From contig JBMNIW010000012.1 in NCBI GenBank assembly GCA_050951325.1, forward strand, positions 32,001-96,000: 64,000 nucleotides of DNA, in the 5' to 3' direction. Source of the stretch: Clostridia bacterium. GTDB lineage: Bacteria > Bacillota > Clostridia > UBA1212 > DUPL01. Positions within the stretch are counted from its first letter, which is position 1; each line of letters starts with the position of its first letter. Position numbers and translations under genes: made by a program. The notes beneath the pieces are model-generated. The model made no database searches. It was not told the origin of the DNA and saw only the letters and a program-made list of their open reading frames with translations. This document shows positions 40,379 through 51,360 of this stretch, in pieces.

Positions 40379-42702
40379 ATAATCTCCCTTTCTTCTTCAT
40401 TGTACTCAAATACATATGTCGTTCCTGTATTCGTATTAACTGATATTGTCTTATCTTTGTACCTTACTGTCAGCATTCCACCCACGGTTGAGTATATGGT
40501 TGCTCGGACCAGTTTGTTATCAGACCAGACAATCTCTTTTACTAAGAATCCGCCCCTTGCACATAGGCCATAAACACTACCCTCCTTCCACTTGTCAGGA
40601 AGGGCAGGCAGCAGGTGTATTTGGTTGTATGCACTGCATACAAAAATTTCACACATGCCTGCAAGTGTGCCAAAGTTGCCGTCAATCTGAAACACTTTGT
40701 CCGTCTCCCCTATTGGATGTGCTCCAAAAAGGTTTGGGTAAACAAGCCTGTTGGATGGATCAAAGGCAATCTTCAGCATCCGGTAAGCATTATCAGCGTC
40801 ACCAAGTCTTGCGTATTGGGCAATCCTCCATGCAATTCCCCACAACGTCCAGTCTCCAGGCTTTGATCTTGCTGCCAGTGTTGTTTTAACAGCTTTTCTA
40901 ATCTCCTCATCCTCCAGATCAACACATGACAGAGGATATACTCCAACCAGGTTGGATATATGTCTATGGGCATCATGCGGATCATCATAATCATGGAATA
41001 AAAACTCCTGGACCTGACCCCATCTCCCTATTTTCACGCATGAAGGCAGTTTTTCTTTTGCCTTTTGCATTTTTTCTATCAGTTTCTTGTCTTTTCCTAA
41101 AGTATTGGCTGCCTGTATCATGTCGGAAAACAGCTGGTGCACTATTTGATTGTCAAAAGAAGAGGCAAAAGATATGTATTTTTCCTCAGGTCCTCGCTGT
41201 ACCAATTCAGGAGACGTGGAAGGACAGGTTACAAGATAAGTGTTTCCTTCCTCATCCGTATACTCAGTTAAAAAGGACAGAATGAATTCTGCAGCACCTT
41301 TTAGAGTCTTGTATATTTTCTTGAGATATTTCCTGTCCATAGTGTATAGATAAATGTCAAACAGCTGGTTTGCCAGCCATGCACCGCAGGTTGGAGTAAG
41401 GCCCCAAGGACCGTCCACGGGACCTGTTATGTTCCACAAGTCAGTATTGTGATGCAAAACCCATCCCTTTTTTATACCGTACAGTTTTTCAGCGGTGATT
41501 CTGCCTTGCTCTGTCAGTTTGATTATTTTATCAACAAACACATTGGCACACTCATTAAGGTTTGCGCAACATACAGGAAAGTAATTCATCTGCAAATTTA
41601 TATTCGTCGTATATTTACTATCCCAGGGTGGATATTTCAGGTTGTTCCATATGCCTTGAAGATTAGCTGGCTGACCACCATCTCTTGATGAAGATATCAT
41701 AAGATAGCGGTTGTATTGGAAAAACAGCGCAAGTAGAGATGCATCCTCGTTTTCCTTGAATTTTTCTATTCTTTCATCTATAGGTAATGCATCATTATCT
41801 TCGCCAAGATTTATGGATGCCTTTTTAAAGATTTTTGTGTAGTCATTTATGTGCTCTTCCTTGAGTTTGTCGTATCCTTTTTTCTGTGCCAAATCCAATA
41901 CAGATAAAGCCTTGTTCTTGTAGTCAACACCCAGAGTCTTGTAATCCTTGAAATTGGTGGCGACAGTTATTAGAATATCGCAACTTTCTGCATCAATCAC
42001 TTTGAGAGAGCTGCCCTGTTTTTCAATCTGACCGCCCCTTGGAAGAACCATGACTGCCACCATAAACTTGAGTTTTCCCTCAATCTCTTTTCTTGTGTCT
42101 GTGATGCCATCAAATATTAGAATATTATCTTCTATGGAAAGATCACCTATCATGTCGCTGGAAAATGTAATGTCAAAGTCCATAGTTTTTTCTGATGATG
42201 TTATTCTTGACGCAATTACATTTGACGGGTAATTTGCAAAGTATTCTTTTGTATACTTCGTTCCCTGCACGGTGTAACTGCAGAAAGCGACCGCATGATT
42301 TAAATCAAGCGTTCTTTTGTAGCTTTCATGGTTTTCATGGTTGGGAAAACTTATGAGAACCTTGCCAGCATATTGATACGTCTGCCCGTGGTGCTTGTTC
42401 CCGTCCTTCATTCCATAAAAGAAGGTTTTTTCCCAAGCCTTGTCCTGGTTTGGGTTTTCCCTAAGCTGGATTCTACTTAGACCATCAAAGTCATCTTTGG
42501 AAACGCTTAGGTTGTTTGAATAGGGGCTTCCTGTCCATATGGTGCATTCATTTATATGCAGGATATCCCTTTGAGGAGTGCCGTAAATCATTCCGCCTAA
42601 ATTTCCGTTTCCTATTGGTAGACCTTTGTAATAATCGTTGTCGGCAGGTTTGTTGTACCACATGACATAGGGGTAATATGGAGGTTTGTTTGGATTGTCC
42701 AT
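40360..42702 (-). CDS. GH95 alpha-L-fucosidase-like hydrolase
   Basis: LPIGNGNLG, PANLQGIWN, SKYTTNINLQMNY, HRHIS, FQIDGNFG, LLPALP. Confidence 0.95.
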   Translation of the reverse strand: MDNPNKPPYYPYVMWYNKPADNDYYKGLPIGNGNLGGMIYGTPQRDILHINECTIWTGSPYSNNLSVSKDDFDGLSRIQLRENPNQDKAWEKTFFYGMKDGNKHHGQTYQYAGKVLISFPNHENHESYKRTLDLNHAVAFCSYTVQGTKYTKEYFANYPSNVIASRITSSEKTMDFDITFSSDMIGDLSIEDNILIFDGITDTRKEIEGKLKFMVAVMVLPRGGQIEKQGSSLKVIDAESCDILITVATNFKDYKTLGVDYKNKALSVLDLAQKKGYDKLKEEHINDYTKIFKKASINLGEDNDALPIDERIEKFKENEDASLLALFFQYNRYLMISSSRDGGQPANLQGIWNNLKYPPWDSKYTTNINLQMNYFPVCCANLNECANVFVDKIIKLTEQGRITAEKLYGIKKGWVLHHNTDLWNITGPVDGPWGLTPTCGAWLANQLFDIYLYTMDRKYLKKIYKTLKGAAEFILSFLTEYTDEEGNTYLVTCPSTSPELVQRGPEEKYISFASSFDNQIVHQLFSDMIQAANTLGKDKKLIEKMQKAKEKLPSCVKIGRWGQVQEFLFHDYDDPHDAHRHISNLVGVYPLSCVDLEDEEIRKAVKTTLAARSKPGDWTLWGIAWRIAQYARLGDADNAYRMLKIAFDPSNRLVYPNLFGAHPIGETDKVFQIDGNFGTLAGMCEIFVCSAYNQIHLLPALPDKWKEGSVYGLCARGGFLVKEIVWSDNKLVRATIYSTVGGMLTVRYKDKTISVNTNTGTTYVFEYNEEEREIICSKAI

Positions 42703-42948
42703 TTTTCAACACCAACCATAGCATTAGTAGTATCAAAGTTATACCATATTGGAGTATTTGTTACAAGGGTTTGCTCGGTTCATTTATTTGCAATTTCCGA
42801 GGAATTGTTGTGATTCAATGAATAAAGGTTAATTGCAAAAGTAAATGCAAATGAAAAAGTGTCTCCGACACATCAGCTCCCCTAGCCCCTCAATCTTGAG
42901 GGGAACTATGGTGTTTCTTTTTTTTACTGTTTGTCTTATAATAACAAC

Positions 42949-43330
42949 ATGAACATATTGCAAGAAATATTTAAAGATAACTTTGAGCAGATGTTATATT
43001 TATTGAAACCACGGAAAACAGTGGTTGAAAATGTAGAAAAGATGATACATTGCGGTGACCCATTGTATGGCGGTGCCATGTACGGTTGTTCAGATTGTGG
43101 CAGATTTAAGTTTGTTCCTTTCAGATGTCATAGCAGGTTCTGCCCCACCTGTGGAATCAAATATACAATGGACCGTACAACTGCAATGTCTTTTAAAATC
43201 GTTAATGCTCATCATCGACATGTCGTCTTTACAATTGCAGAGGAACTTCGAGGTTATTTCCTTGAAGATCGCGACCTTCTCAATTGTCTTTTCTCCGCAG
43301 TCAATCAAGTAGTGCATAGATTATTTTGCC
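42949..43330 (+). pseudogene. IS91-family transposase N-terminal zinc-binding fragment
   Basis: CGDP...CSDCG...PFRCHSRFCPTCG...HRHVVFTI; truncated before the catalytic domain; hairpins upstream at 42858-42910. Confidence 0.85.
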
Positions 43331-43516
43331 CCATACAGAGAAATCGTTGCGTTTTTTGCTGGTTTAATCTATAATTTAAAATAAAAGGTTCAGTTAGAGG
43401 ATGTTTTTGGGCATGACAAACTAGCCTTGCATAATTTCTTAATTTTTACGAAGAAGTAAATGCAAAGCTTTTTGACTCATTTTGCCCGCCAGGAGTTATC
43501 AATGTTTAGGATATGA

Positions 43517-44824
43517 TTATTTTATTAAAACTGGATGCAAGATTACATCCTTTGCTGGTATTTCAACCAGACCGAGTTTTGCGGCGATTTCATCGCCATA
43601 TATTGCTTTGAAGACAGCAATTGGCGATTTATCCCCAAGCCTCGGTCTGGGGTATGAGTTTATATGATTAGTAATCAGGTCTGTTTTTTCCCGATTAAGT
43701 CCGGAAAAAGACGACCCCTTAGACAAAATGCAACGGAAAAACTCATGGTTCCTTTCACATTTTGCCTTTTGGTTTGAGTTCATAGGATCACAGTAAAACA
43801 CTCTCGACTGAGCTTCCCCTGTTTCTCTATTAATCTCAATGGTGGTTGGATCGGTGAACTCGGAGCCCCTGTCAGTGAGAATGACAGGGAACAGTTTTGA
43901 GAATTCCGAATCTGTCAGCTTTGACCTGAGTTCATCAAATATCTCCGCTACTGAGCGAGCTGTATTGGTACTGCGGTAGAAGTATAGCTGCAAATCGCAG
44001 TTTTTGAAAAGCAAGGACAGCACAACTGCCGATTCGCCCTTTCTTCCCATAACAGTATCCATTTCAACAACGTTGACATAACCGCTTTGTTCCAGATAAG
44101 CCTGGAAATCGGAATATGTCCTGCCTTTGAAGCACTGCTTGTCCACTTTTACGGCAGGTCCGGCTTTTTTTCTTAACCTTCTCTGGACGGTACGTGACAA
44201 ATCGGTAGGTTTGGCTGACAAAAGCCCCATATGTAAGTATTTGTATACACTTCTTTCGGAAAGGTTCAAAACATCTTTTTGCTCCGTGCATATCAAGTGT
44301 ATTGATTGTCCTTTTTTCAATCTTGGAGAAATGATATCGTCAATATGCTTCAAATGCTCACCGGTTACCGAAATGCCCTGTCTGGATTCCGAGAGCTTTT
44401 TCCTGTACTCTTTGTGCGCTTTTTCGGCATCATACAAGTATTTGGACAGTGGACATCTTGGTTTCTTTTCACAGCTATTGCAAACATATGGCGGAGAATC
44501 ATATCTGGTACATATATCTTCCTCGAACTCACTGCAAAAATCATTACATCCACCGCAGTACTTGCAATTCTTGTGGTGTATTGCCTCGCATGAAGGCTTT
44601 TTGCATTTACCCGCGATTTTGCAGTCAAAACGCTTTTTACACGCATTTTTGGTTTGCATGGTTGAAACCTCTTTTCGACTGATGAAAACACGATGTTTTT
44701 TTACTTCTCTCATAATGGTGCTTGCCGGTCGTGACAAATCCACAGCTATTTCAGCAAACGATTTACCTTCCTTAAGCATTTTTTGAATGGTGATCCTGTC
44801 TTCCAATGTCAAATGTTTACCCAT
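43517..44824 (-). CDS. IS30-family transposase with Cys-rich insertion
   Basis: HLTLEDR HTH, VEMDTVMG, LTDRGSEF, QKAKCERNHEFFR, INSYPR. Confidence 0.95.
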   Translation of the reverse strand: MGKHLTLEDRITIQKMLKEGKSFAEIAVDLSRPASTIMREVKKHRVFISRKEVSTMQTKNACKKRFDCKIAGKCKKPSCEAIHHKNCKYCGGCNDFCSEFEEDICTRYDSPPYVCNSCEKKPRCPLSKYLYDAEKAHKEYRKKLSESRQGISVTGEHLKHIDDIISPRLKKGQSIHLICTEQKDVLNLSERSVYKYLHMGLLSAKPTDLSRTVQRRLRKKAGPAVKVDKQCFKGRTYSDFQAYLEQSGYVNVVEMDTVMGRKGESAVVLSLLFKNCDLQLYFYRSTNTARSVAEIFDELRSKLTDSEFSKLFPVILTDRGSEFTDPTTIEINRETGEAQSRVFYCDPMNSNQKAKCERNHEFFRCILSKGSSFSGLNREKTDLITNHINSYPRPRLGDKSPIAVFKAIYGDEIAAKLGLVEIPAKDVILHPVLIK

Positions 44825-45134
44825 AAATGCCTCCTTCTACTCCTGGACAGGCAACAAGGAAATAATTGCACATAATTAGGAAAAAGTAAACGCAATTTTT
44901 ATGGGTACCCTCCGGTACCCATAAAGGCATTTGGTATTAGGAAAAAGTAAATGCAACTCTAGCCATAAGTTATTAGAATGTGAGTATTTGCATCTTCGGA
45001 AGAAGTAAATGCAACTGTATCTTTGCATTTAAAAATTCAAATGACCTTAATGAATATATTTTAAATAAACCAGTTTACATTTGGCCAATGCTTGTATATA
45101 ATATGAGTAAAATAATACTAGGAGGTAATGCATA

Positions 45135-45767
45135 ATGAGGAAACTTATTGTTTTTATGCTTGTTATGGTCGTAGTCCTGTCAATGACGCTAATACCCTCC
45201 TCCGCTGAGGATGATTTGGTCGTCGATTTGGGTGCTATCGGCGGTGTCGAAAATTATGGTCCCCATGGCTATCCTGACCAAAAACTGCTAATGTTTGGTT
45301 ATGGAACTGTTGTAAAACTAGGTAATTTCGATTTGTCAAAATATGATGCTATGGAAATTACATATGCAACAGACCTCGCATTCCAAGCAATGAAAGAGGG
45401 AATGAAACATGTGGCTATTCTTGGTATCAAATCAGCAGAATCTCCAATTTTCGGATATGCAAACCTGGATTTCAATGAAGAGAACTCCCTTGGCTGGGCT
45501 CCATTGACAGATGCGGATCCAGAAGCTAATCCTGACGGAGTCAACTGGGACAAAGGCGAAAGAAAGTGTGTAATTGACCTTTCCGGACAAAATTACAACG
45601 GAGACGTATATCTGATGTGTTTCAACTCAACAGGCAACGAAACCCTTGTTGTTGAAATCAAGCTCATTGCAGCTCAAGAAAATCCGACTACTGGCGACTT
45701 TGGTATAATCGGTATGGCTATTGTTACTGCTTATGCAACAACTTTGACAAAGAAGAAAAAGCGTTAA
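45135..45767 (+). CDS. Secreted protein with NPTTGD sortase-like anchor
   Basis: Signal peptide; NPTTGD, hydrophobic stretch, KKKKR. Confidence 0.8.
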   Translation: MRKLIVFMLVMVVVLSMTLIPSSAEDDLVVDLGAIGGVENYGPHGYPDQKLLMFGYGTVVKLGNFDLSKYDAMEITYATDLAFQAMKEGMKHVAILGIKSAESPIFGYANLDFNEENSLGWAPLTDADPEANPDGVNWDKGERKCVIDLSGQNYNGDVYLMCFNSTGNETLVVEIKLIAAQENPTTGDFGIIGMAIVTAYATTLTKKKKR

Positions 45768-45786
45768 TGATCCGATATACCCTTCA

Positions 45787-45830
45787 AACAGCAGGAAATA
45801 TGGGTGTCATATCCATATTTCCTGCTGTTA
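45787..45830. terminator. Terminator hairpin
   Basis: AACAGCAGGAAATATGG...CCATATTTCCTGCTGTT. Confidence 0.75.
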
Positions 45831-45990
45831 TTTCTTTCCACTTCAACTCTGCATAAAAGTTAAGCATGCTTGAATGGATGGTCTTTTGCGAAAGGAAGAT
45901 GTCGCAATATATTTGGGTGAAAACTAGGATTTTGTACACCCATCCATTAGACATCGAGAAGTATAACGGGCCTGAGCTGATCCCTTCTTG

Positions 45991-46464
45991 TCAATAATCT
46001 ATTTTTCTATACTTAAATCCTCTATCAAAATACATTTGTTTGTCCATAATAAGTGGTATTCCAAAAAACTCTTCCAACATTCTTGTTAGTTTCAGAACAT
46101 CCTCGCATTCGAGGAGCCGGTATAATCTTTTTAACTCCGACTGATCTATTTCTAGTTTGTCAAGCATCAGCTGAAGCTTTCTTCTTGTGACTGAATATGC
46201 ATTATAATATATATATGCAATTCTTCTCCCTGCTTCACACATCTGTAAATATGATTTTCTATCAGTGGAAGCAAAGGATAATACAGGTTTGTCAATAATT
46301 TCAGATAATCTTAATGCATAGTATGGTGTTTCCAAATTAGTAAAAAAACTATCAACAAGGGTCACCCAGTCATCAGAGGATTTGCATATGAAGTGTCTTT
46401 TTCTAAACTCCTTCGGTATATCCGTTATACTGGCTTTGTACACATGAATGATTCCAGCACCCAT
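45991..46464 (-). CDS. Hypothetical protein
   Basis: 157-aa ORF with AAGGAG RBS. Confidence 0.6.
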   Translation of the reverse strand: MGAGIIHVYKASITDIPKEFRKRHFICKSSDDWVTLVDSFFTNLETPYYALRLSEIIDKPVLSFASTDRKSYLQMCEAGRRIAYIYYNAYSVTRRKLQLMLDKLEIDQSELKRLYRLLECEDVLKLTRMLEEFFGIPLIMDKQMYFDRGFKYRKIDY

Positions 46465-46495
46465 TTATACTCCTTCCACAAATATTAGAAAAAAG

Positions 46496-46542
46496 AAAAA
46501 GGGAACATGCATTAGGTAACATCTAATGCACATCCCCTTTTT
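46496..46542 (-). terminator. Terminator hairpin
   Basis: AAAAAGGGA..TGCATTAG...CTAATGCA..TCCCCTTTTT. Confidence 0.65.
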
Positions 46543-46567
46543 GTATCAACCTCATTGATTTAATAGT

Positions 46568-47191
46568 TCACGCCATATCTTTTCTCTTCTTGAATACAAC
46601 AACTCCAGTTGCTGCAATAAGCAAAACGTATGCAAGAATAGTGGTTGAGTCGTATGTTGGCGGGTTGTCATCTGCTACAAATATGCACGACTTTGCCATG
46701 TAGTTTTGCTCGGTACCATTTATATAGGTAACAGCTCCTACATCTGGATTTTTACCATCGGTCCAAACGCCAAGATCGTTTGTCGCAGCATCCCTTGGCA
46801 TCAGGACCAAGTATGTACCAGGTCCATAATATCCATTGACATCAAGTCTGAAGTCTGAATTGTCTGCATGCAGCTCGGAATGTGATTCAAGTCTATCGCC
46901 TGCAACAGTTGTTGCATAATCCGTATCCCATTTGAAGAGAACGATTTCACCTGTGCTGTCTTTTTTTGTCCAAGTAGGACTATCAATAAAAACGAACGCT
47001 TTAAGCATTTTACCTTCCGGCACAGTAAACTTGACTGCAATATCGCCGACAGCAAGAACATTTTTGGGACCGTCTCCTCCACCGGATTTATACAAATCAA
47101 TACGCTCCTCTGCAGCACTTACCGGTAAAACCATGGCAAATATGCAGACTAATACAAGTATCAAGGCAACTTTTCTCATTAAGGTTTTCAT
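46568..47191 (-). CDS. Secreted protein with NPPTYD anchor motif
   Basis: Signal peptide VSA/A; NPPTYD, TM, KKRK. Confidence 0.8.
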   Translation of the reverse strand: MKTLMRKVALILVLVCIFAMVLPVSAAEERIDLYKSGGGDGPKNVLAVGDIAVKFTVPEGKMLKAFVFIDSPTWTKKDSTGEIVLFKWDTDYATTVAGDRLESHSELHADNSDFRLDVNGYYGPGTYLVLMPRDAATNDLGVWTDGKNPDVGAVTYINGTEQNYMAKSCIFVADDNPPTYDSTTILAYVLLIAATGVVVFKKRKDMA

Positions 47192-47355
47192 AGGTACACC
47201 CCCGTATTTTTGCTTTAGCTAAATTATATTTACAATCCAGATATCTGTCAATAGTATTTTAATATTTTATTTACACTCTCTAATTACAGTTATTTTATTG
47301 TTCTTTTACTTTTTAGCCCACCCTGGTATAATATTATCTATACGGTTTCAAGGAG

Positions 47356-47988
47356 ATGTATATGCATATTCTAAGTATAAAATCATTGAATTTCAAAAAT
47401 AAAATTTTCTACAAAGATGTAAACATTGAAAAAGGACAAATAGTTTTCTTAAGAGGTGCCAGCGGTAGTGGAAAAAGTACTCTTCTAAGACTTATCAATG
47501 CAACCCTTCCATTGGAAGAAGGAACAATTCTTTACAACAACAAGGATATTCGCGAGATTGACACAATTACATTGAGAAGGGAAATAATTCTCGCAGGTCA
47601 GTCAGTATATCTGTTTCCAGGAACAATAAAAGATAATTTCAAGAGGTATCACGAGTACAGAGAATCGCAAGTTCCTTCAGATGAGGTAATAAGGTCCTTG
47701 CTTGACACAAGCTGTATCGATTTTGATATCGACACAGTATGCAACAACTTTTCAGGAGGAGAAAGACAAAGAGTTTTCATAAGCATCGCCTTAAGCTTTA
47801 AACCTAGGGTATTGCTACTGGACGAGCCTACATCCGCTTTGGATAACGCAACTGCAGACCGGCTTATGAGCAATCTTGTCACACACTGCAAGCAGAATTA
47901 CATGACTATGATTATTGTAAGCCATGATCAGACCATTACTGAAAAATATGCTGAGGTTACAATAGATATTGGGGAGGGTGTAAAATGA
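47356..47988 (+). CDS. ABC ATP-binding protein (FetA/YbbL-like)
   Basis: GASGSGKS, FSGGERQR, LLLDEPT; coupled to a FetB-like permease. Confidence 0.9.
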   Translation: MYMHILSIKSLNFKNKIFYKDVNIEKGQIVFLRGASGSGKSTLLRLINATLPLEEGTILYNNKDIREIDTITLRREIILAGQSVYLFPGTIKDNFKRYHEYRESQVPSDEVIRSLLDTSCIDFDIDTVCNNFSGGERQRVFISIALSFKPRVLLLDEPTSALDNATADRLMSNLVTHCKQNYMTMIIVSHDQTITEKYAEVTIDIGEGVK

Positions 47989-48755
47989 GCGGAGCTGCTT
48001 CAATTAGTCTTGTACGATTCATAATAATCTACCTTTTATTGCTGATAGTTATAGCAATAATGAAGAAAAGCAAAATCAACCAGACAAAACTGCTTTTTGT
48101 TGCAAGTATAAGAATGACATTGCAGCTGGTTATTGCAGGTTTTATTCTAACATACATTTTTAAACACCCACACCCTGTATTCACAGTTCTTTATCTTGCA
48201 TCGATGATAACCTTTGCTATCCACAGAGTTCTTTCGAGGAACAAGGAATTGAATACGAATTTTAAAATCGTGATTGGATTTTCCTTGGCCTTTTCAGGGC
48301 TTGGGATTGTCGCCTATTTTGTAATGGCTGTTGTAAATCAGAGCATTTTCAATCCCCAATATACCATTCCCCTGTCCGGCATGATTGTTGGAAACGCCAT
48401 GACAGGAGTAAATCTTGGTGTAAAAACATTCCTTGAATCAATATCAGCAGAGAAACCCAGGATTGAAGCTTTAATAAATTTCGGAGCAAAACCAAAGGAC
48501 ATACTGCTGCCTTTTGTAAATCAGTCGCTTGAGACCGCCCTTCTTCCTACACTAAACAACATGGTAGGAATGGGCATTGTATCCCTCCCTGGAATGATGA
48601 CAGGTCAGATTCTTTCAGGAACAATGCCGACAACTGCTATTCTTTATCAGATATCCATCATGATTGCCATATGTACGGTTGTATGCCTTTCAGTTTTCGG
48701 TTCTTTATATCTGGGTTACAGGACTCTATACAATGAGAGAAACCAGTTTCTATGA
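47985..48755 (+). CDS. fetB: FetB/YbbM (UPF0014) permease
   Basis: RMTLQL, IPLSGMIVGNAM, GIVSLPGMMTGQILSG. Confidence 0.88.
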   Translation: MSGAASISLVRFIIIYLLLLIVIAIMKKSKINQTKLLFVASIRMTLQLVIAGFILTYIFKHPHPVFTVLYLASMITFAIHRVLSRNKELNTNFKIVIGFSLAFSGLGIVAYFVMAVVNQSIFNPQYTIPLSGMIVGNAMTGVNLGVKTFLESISAEKPRIEALINFGAKPKDILLPFVNQSLETALLPTLNNMVGMGIVSLPGMMTGQILSGTMPTTAILYQISIMIAICTVVCLSVFGSLYLGYRTLYNERNQFL

Positions 48756-48873
48756 TTTCTTTTATTTCAGCATTCCTTTGTAAGTGATATGACATAAAAA
48801 ATCCATCATCGGTTCAAGCTGCATACTTGAAATGATGATGGTTTATTTGTCTTTCTTTATATAACTTTTCTGG

Positions 48874-50406
48874 TTATAAGCTCATCTCGTACAGTTTAAT
48901 GTCACTAACAGTTACATCGGAGTTCTGAAGGATAAAGCCCATTGTACCATTGGGTTTGCCAAGGTGTACAAAGGTTTGGACATGCAGGTCGTTTACATAC
49001 AGCTCGTAAACGTTTCTTCTGTACAAGAGTTTGAAGGTATGCGTAGTATTTGCATCTACTCCCTTAACATTTGCGCAACCTTCATCTATGGTATCTATTA
49101 TCTCATTTTTCATTATGTTGTTGGATATTGAAACATTTGTAACATAGGATTTCCTTTTGTATGGATGCCCTATTTCAAGTTCAATACCCATTCCTTTATC
49201 ATCTTCCTCTCCCATGAACACTCCAAAAGTTGCAGGTCTCCAACATTGGGTCTTATTGTTGACCTCGTCATAGTGAGGATAACTGTTTGCTGCAAACTTG
49301 CCTTCCAGGATAAATCCCTTTTCCAGATCCAGCTTGCGGTCAATTGTAACGAGCATTTTTCTGTCGTTAACGACAGGATCGTCGCTCCCTTCAACGCATG
49401 CATGAAATCCGTCGTTGCTCGGTACAAATATTTTATCACGCCAAGAAGGATAAAGTTTTGTAGTATTGAAAGAGAGATTAAAGGCATCGCTGTCCAATTT
49501 TATTTCTATGCCCTTCAAAAGATCATTTTGCTCCCAGTATGCAAGTCTCAAATGCCCGTCCTCATCAACATGAGCTTTCCTTAAGGGCAGCAACCAAATC
49601 TCATACGGACCTCCTGCATCCACTGCATTACTGATGAGTAGCTGACCATCGCCTCGTGCAAAGCATGCCAGGTTCTGAACAAAGACCCTGCCTTCAAGCC
49701 TGTCAAAGCCACACAACCTGAAAGCTTCCTTGTCGGGCTTGAACGGACCCATTGGACTGTCGCCTATAAAAGTATAAAGTCCGTAGCCATAGTTGCCTGC
49801 ATATCCTACAAATCCACCTATGTAGTAGTATTTGCCGTTTATTTTCTCAACTCCACCGCCTTCAAGGCAGTTGATGGGAGGAATGCCGCCCCACTCTATT
49901 ACAGGAGGCTTGTGGCTTGTCCAGTTTACTCCATCCTTGCTTGTCAGGATTCCAAAACAGGACTTGTATTCAGGCTTGGGGGTAGCCACTGGATAGCCAT
50001 AATATGTGTCTCCCTCTTTAATTACATACATATGGTCGTATCTTCCTTCGCCCTGATACCATCTTGTGTCAGGGGTGGCCTTGCCAACATATTCCCATTC
50101 TTTAAGGTCTTTTGACCTGTAGAATCTCAATGTGTCGTTGTTGGCTCTTGATTCTTCACTGAAGCTCCCAAAGTTAACCATTACATACTCATCTGTCTCA
50201 TAGACAAACATCTTGCACACACCGTTTGTGTCTTCAAGGACGGCACCCACATCCTCCCAGTGAACTCCATCCTCCGACACAGCCATGTACATGTGATTAT
50301 CCAAATCCGTATGCTTTTCCTTATACATTGAGAACATGTAGTATTTGCCGTTTATATACATAACAGTAGGGTCCCACATGCACCCTGTCCTTGGCTTGAA
50401 TATCAT
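48874..50406 (-). CDS. GH32-like five-bladed propeller + beta-sandwich hydrolase
   Basis: MWDPTV, SEDGVHW, SKDLKEW, CLEGG; C-terminal YELYVND. Confidence 0.7.
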   Translation of the reverse strand: MIFKPRTGCMWDPTVMYINGKYYMFSMYKEKHTDLDNHMYMAVSEDGVHWEDVGAVLEDTNGVCKMFVYETDEYVMVNFGSFSEESRANNDTLRFYRSKDLKEWEYVGKATPDTRWYQGEGRYDHMYVIKEGDTYYGYPVATPKPEYKSCFGILTSKDGVNWTSHKPPVIEWGGIPPINCLEGGGVEKINGKYYYIGGFVGYAGNYGYGLYTFIGDSPMGPFKPDKEAFRLCGFDRLEGRVFVQNLACFARGDGQLLISNAVDAGGPYEIWLLPLRKAHVDEDGHLRLAYWEQNDLLKGIEIKLDSDAFNLSFNTTKLYPSWRDKIFVPSNDGFHACVEGSDDPVVNDRKMLVTIDRKLDLEKGFILEGKFAANSYPHYDEVNNKTQCWRPATFGVFMGEEDDKGMGIELEIGHPYKRKSYVTNVSISNNIMKNEIIDTIDEGCANVKGVDANTTHTFKLLYRRNVYELYVNDLHVQTFVHLGKPNGTMGFILQNSDVTVSDIKLYEMSL

Positions 50407-50409
50407 TGC

Positions 50410-51214
50410 CTATGCCTCCTTTAACAGCTTTATTCCGTCTTTATATGAATCAGGGTTTCCTGCCACAACACTTGAAGGTTTGTCTAACGGAATGTCGTTT
50501 CCGTTAAAGTCGCTTATAATGCCACCTGCTTCCTGGATAAGTATTATGCCTGCCGCATAATCCCAAGGATGAAGAATTAATTCAAAAAAGAAATCCGCTC
50601 TTCCTGCTGCAATATAACCAAGGTCAAGGGCTGCTGAACCTGTTCTCCTTATATCCTTAGTATTTAAGAATACATGTTTCAGAATATCGAAGGTTCTGTC
50701 ATGGGTATCGTTGGTGCTGGGAGAAGTACCAAAAAGTACAAGGGAATCCTTTATGCCATGCCCGCTTACATGTATTCTCTTGTTGTTAAGGTATGCGCCT
50801 TTTCCCTTCACTGCATGGAATATCTCGTTAGTATAGGGGTTCATGACCACACCAAGCAAGATTTTTCCGTCTTTTCCGTATGCAACGGAGATACTGCTGT
50901 GTCTGAAATCATGTACAAAGTTTGTGGTTCCGTCCACCGGGTCTATGAGAAAGAATTCATGGACAAACTTTGACTCTCCCACTTGGCCACTGTCTTTTGT
51001 GTCTTCCTCTCCTATTACCAGTACATCGGGATACAGCTTTCCCAGCTCGTGAATCAAGGAATTCTGCACTTCCAGATCATATTTCGTAACCACATCACGG
51101 TTGCTCGCCTTTATTTCAATATCCATATCACTCTCATTTGCACCCAAATCCCTTGTAAGGATTTTTGCTGCATTCTTTCACCGCTTTAATTACATCCTCT
51201 ACATTAACTCTCAT
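50410..51214 (-). CDS. Inositol monophosphatase family; N-terminal frameshift in an A-run
   Basis: GEE, IDPVDGTTNF, GSAALD, WDYAAG; probable start MRVNVEDVIKAV at 51214. Confidence 0.9.
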
Positions 51215-51360
51215 ACAATCCTCCTGTTTCACATCATGATCATATTCATATACTAATACAGATTTGCAATTTGGACAATCCGTTTTACTCAGACCATTTT
51301 GTTTTCACACAAAAATGTGATAAAATACATTATTATTTATTGCACAAAAGGGGTGATTTG

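Larger units (their letters stand above)
42777..45046 (-). mobile_element. IS30-family element with subterminal repeats (ends approximate), containing an IS91 fragment
   Basis: Weak end similarity GGTTCATTT / revcomp GGTCATTT; AAGTAAAYGCAA at 42839, 43454, 44884, 44945, 45003. Confidence 0.6.

Noticed and set aside
44127-44786. Long antisense ORFs (also 520-987, 13060-13605, 38864-39400, 55871-56458)
   Set aside because: Shadows of well-supported genes on the opposite strand.
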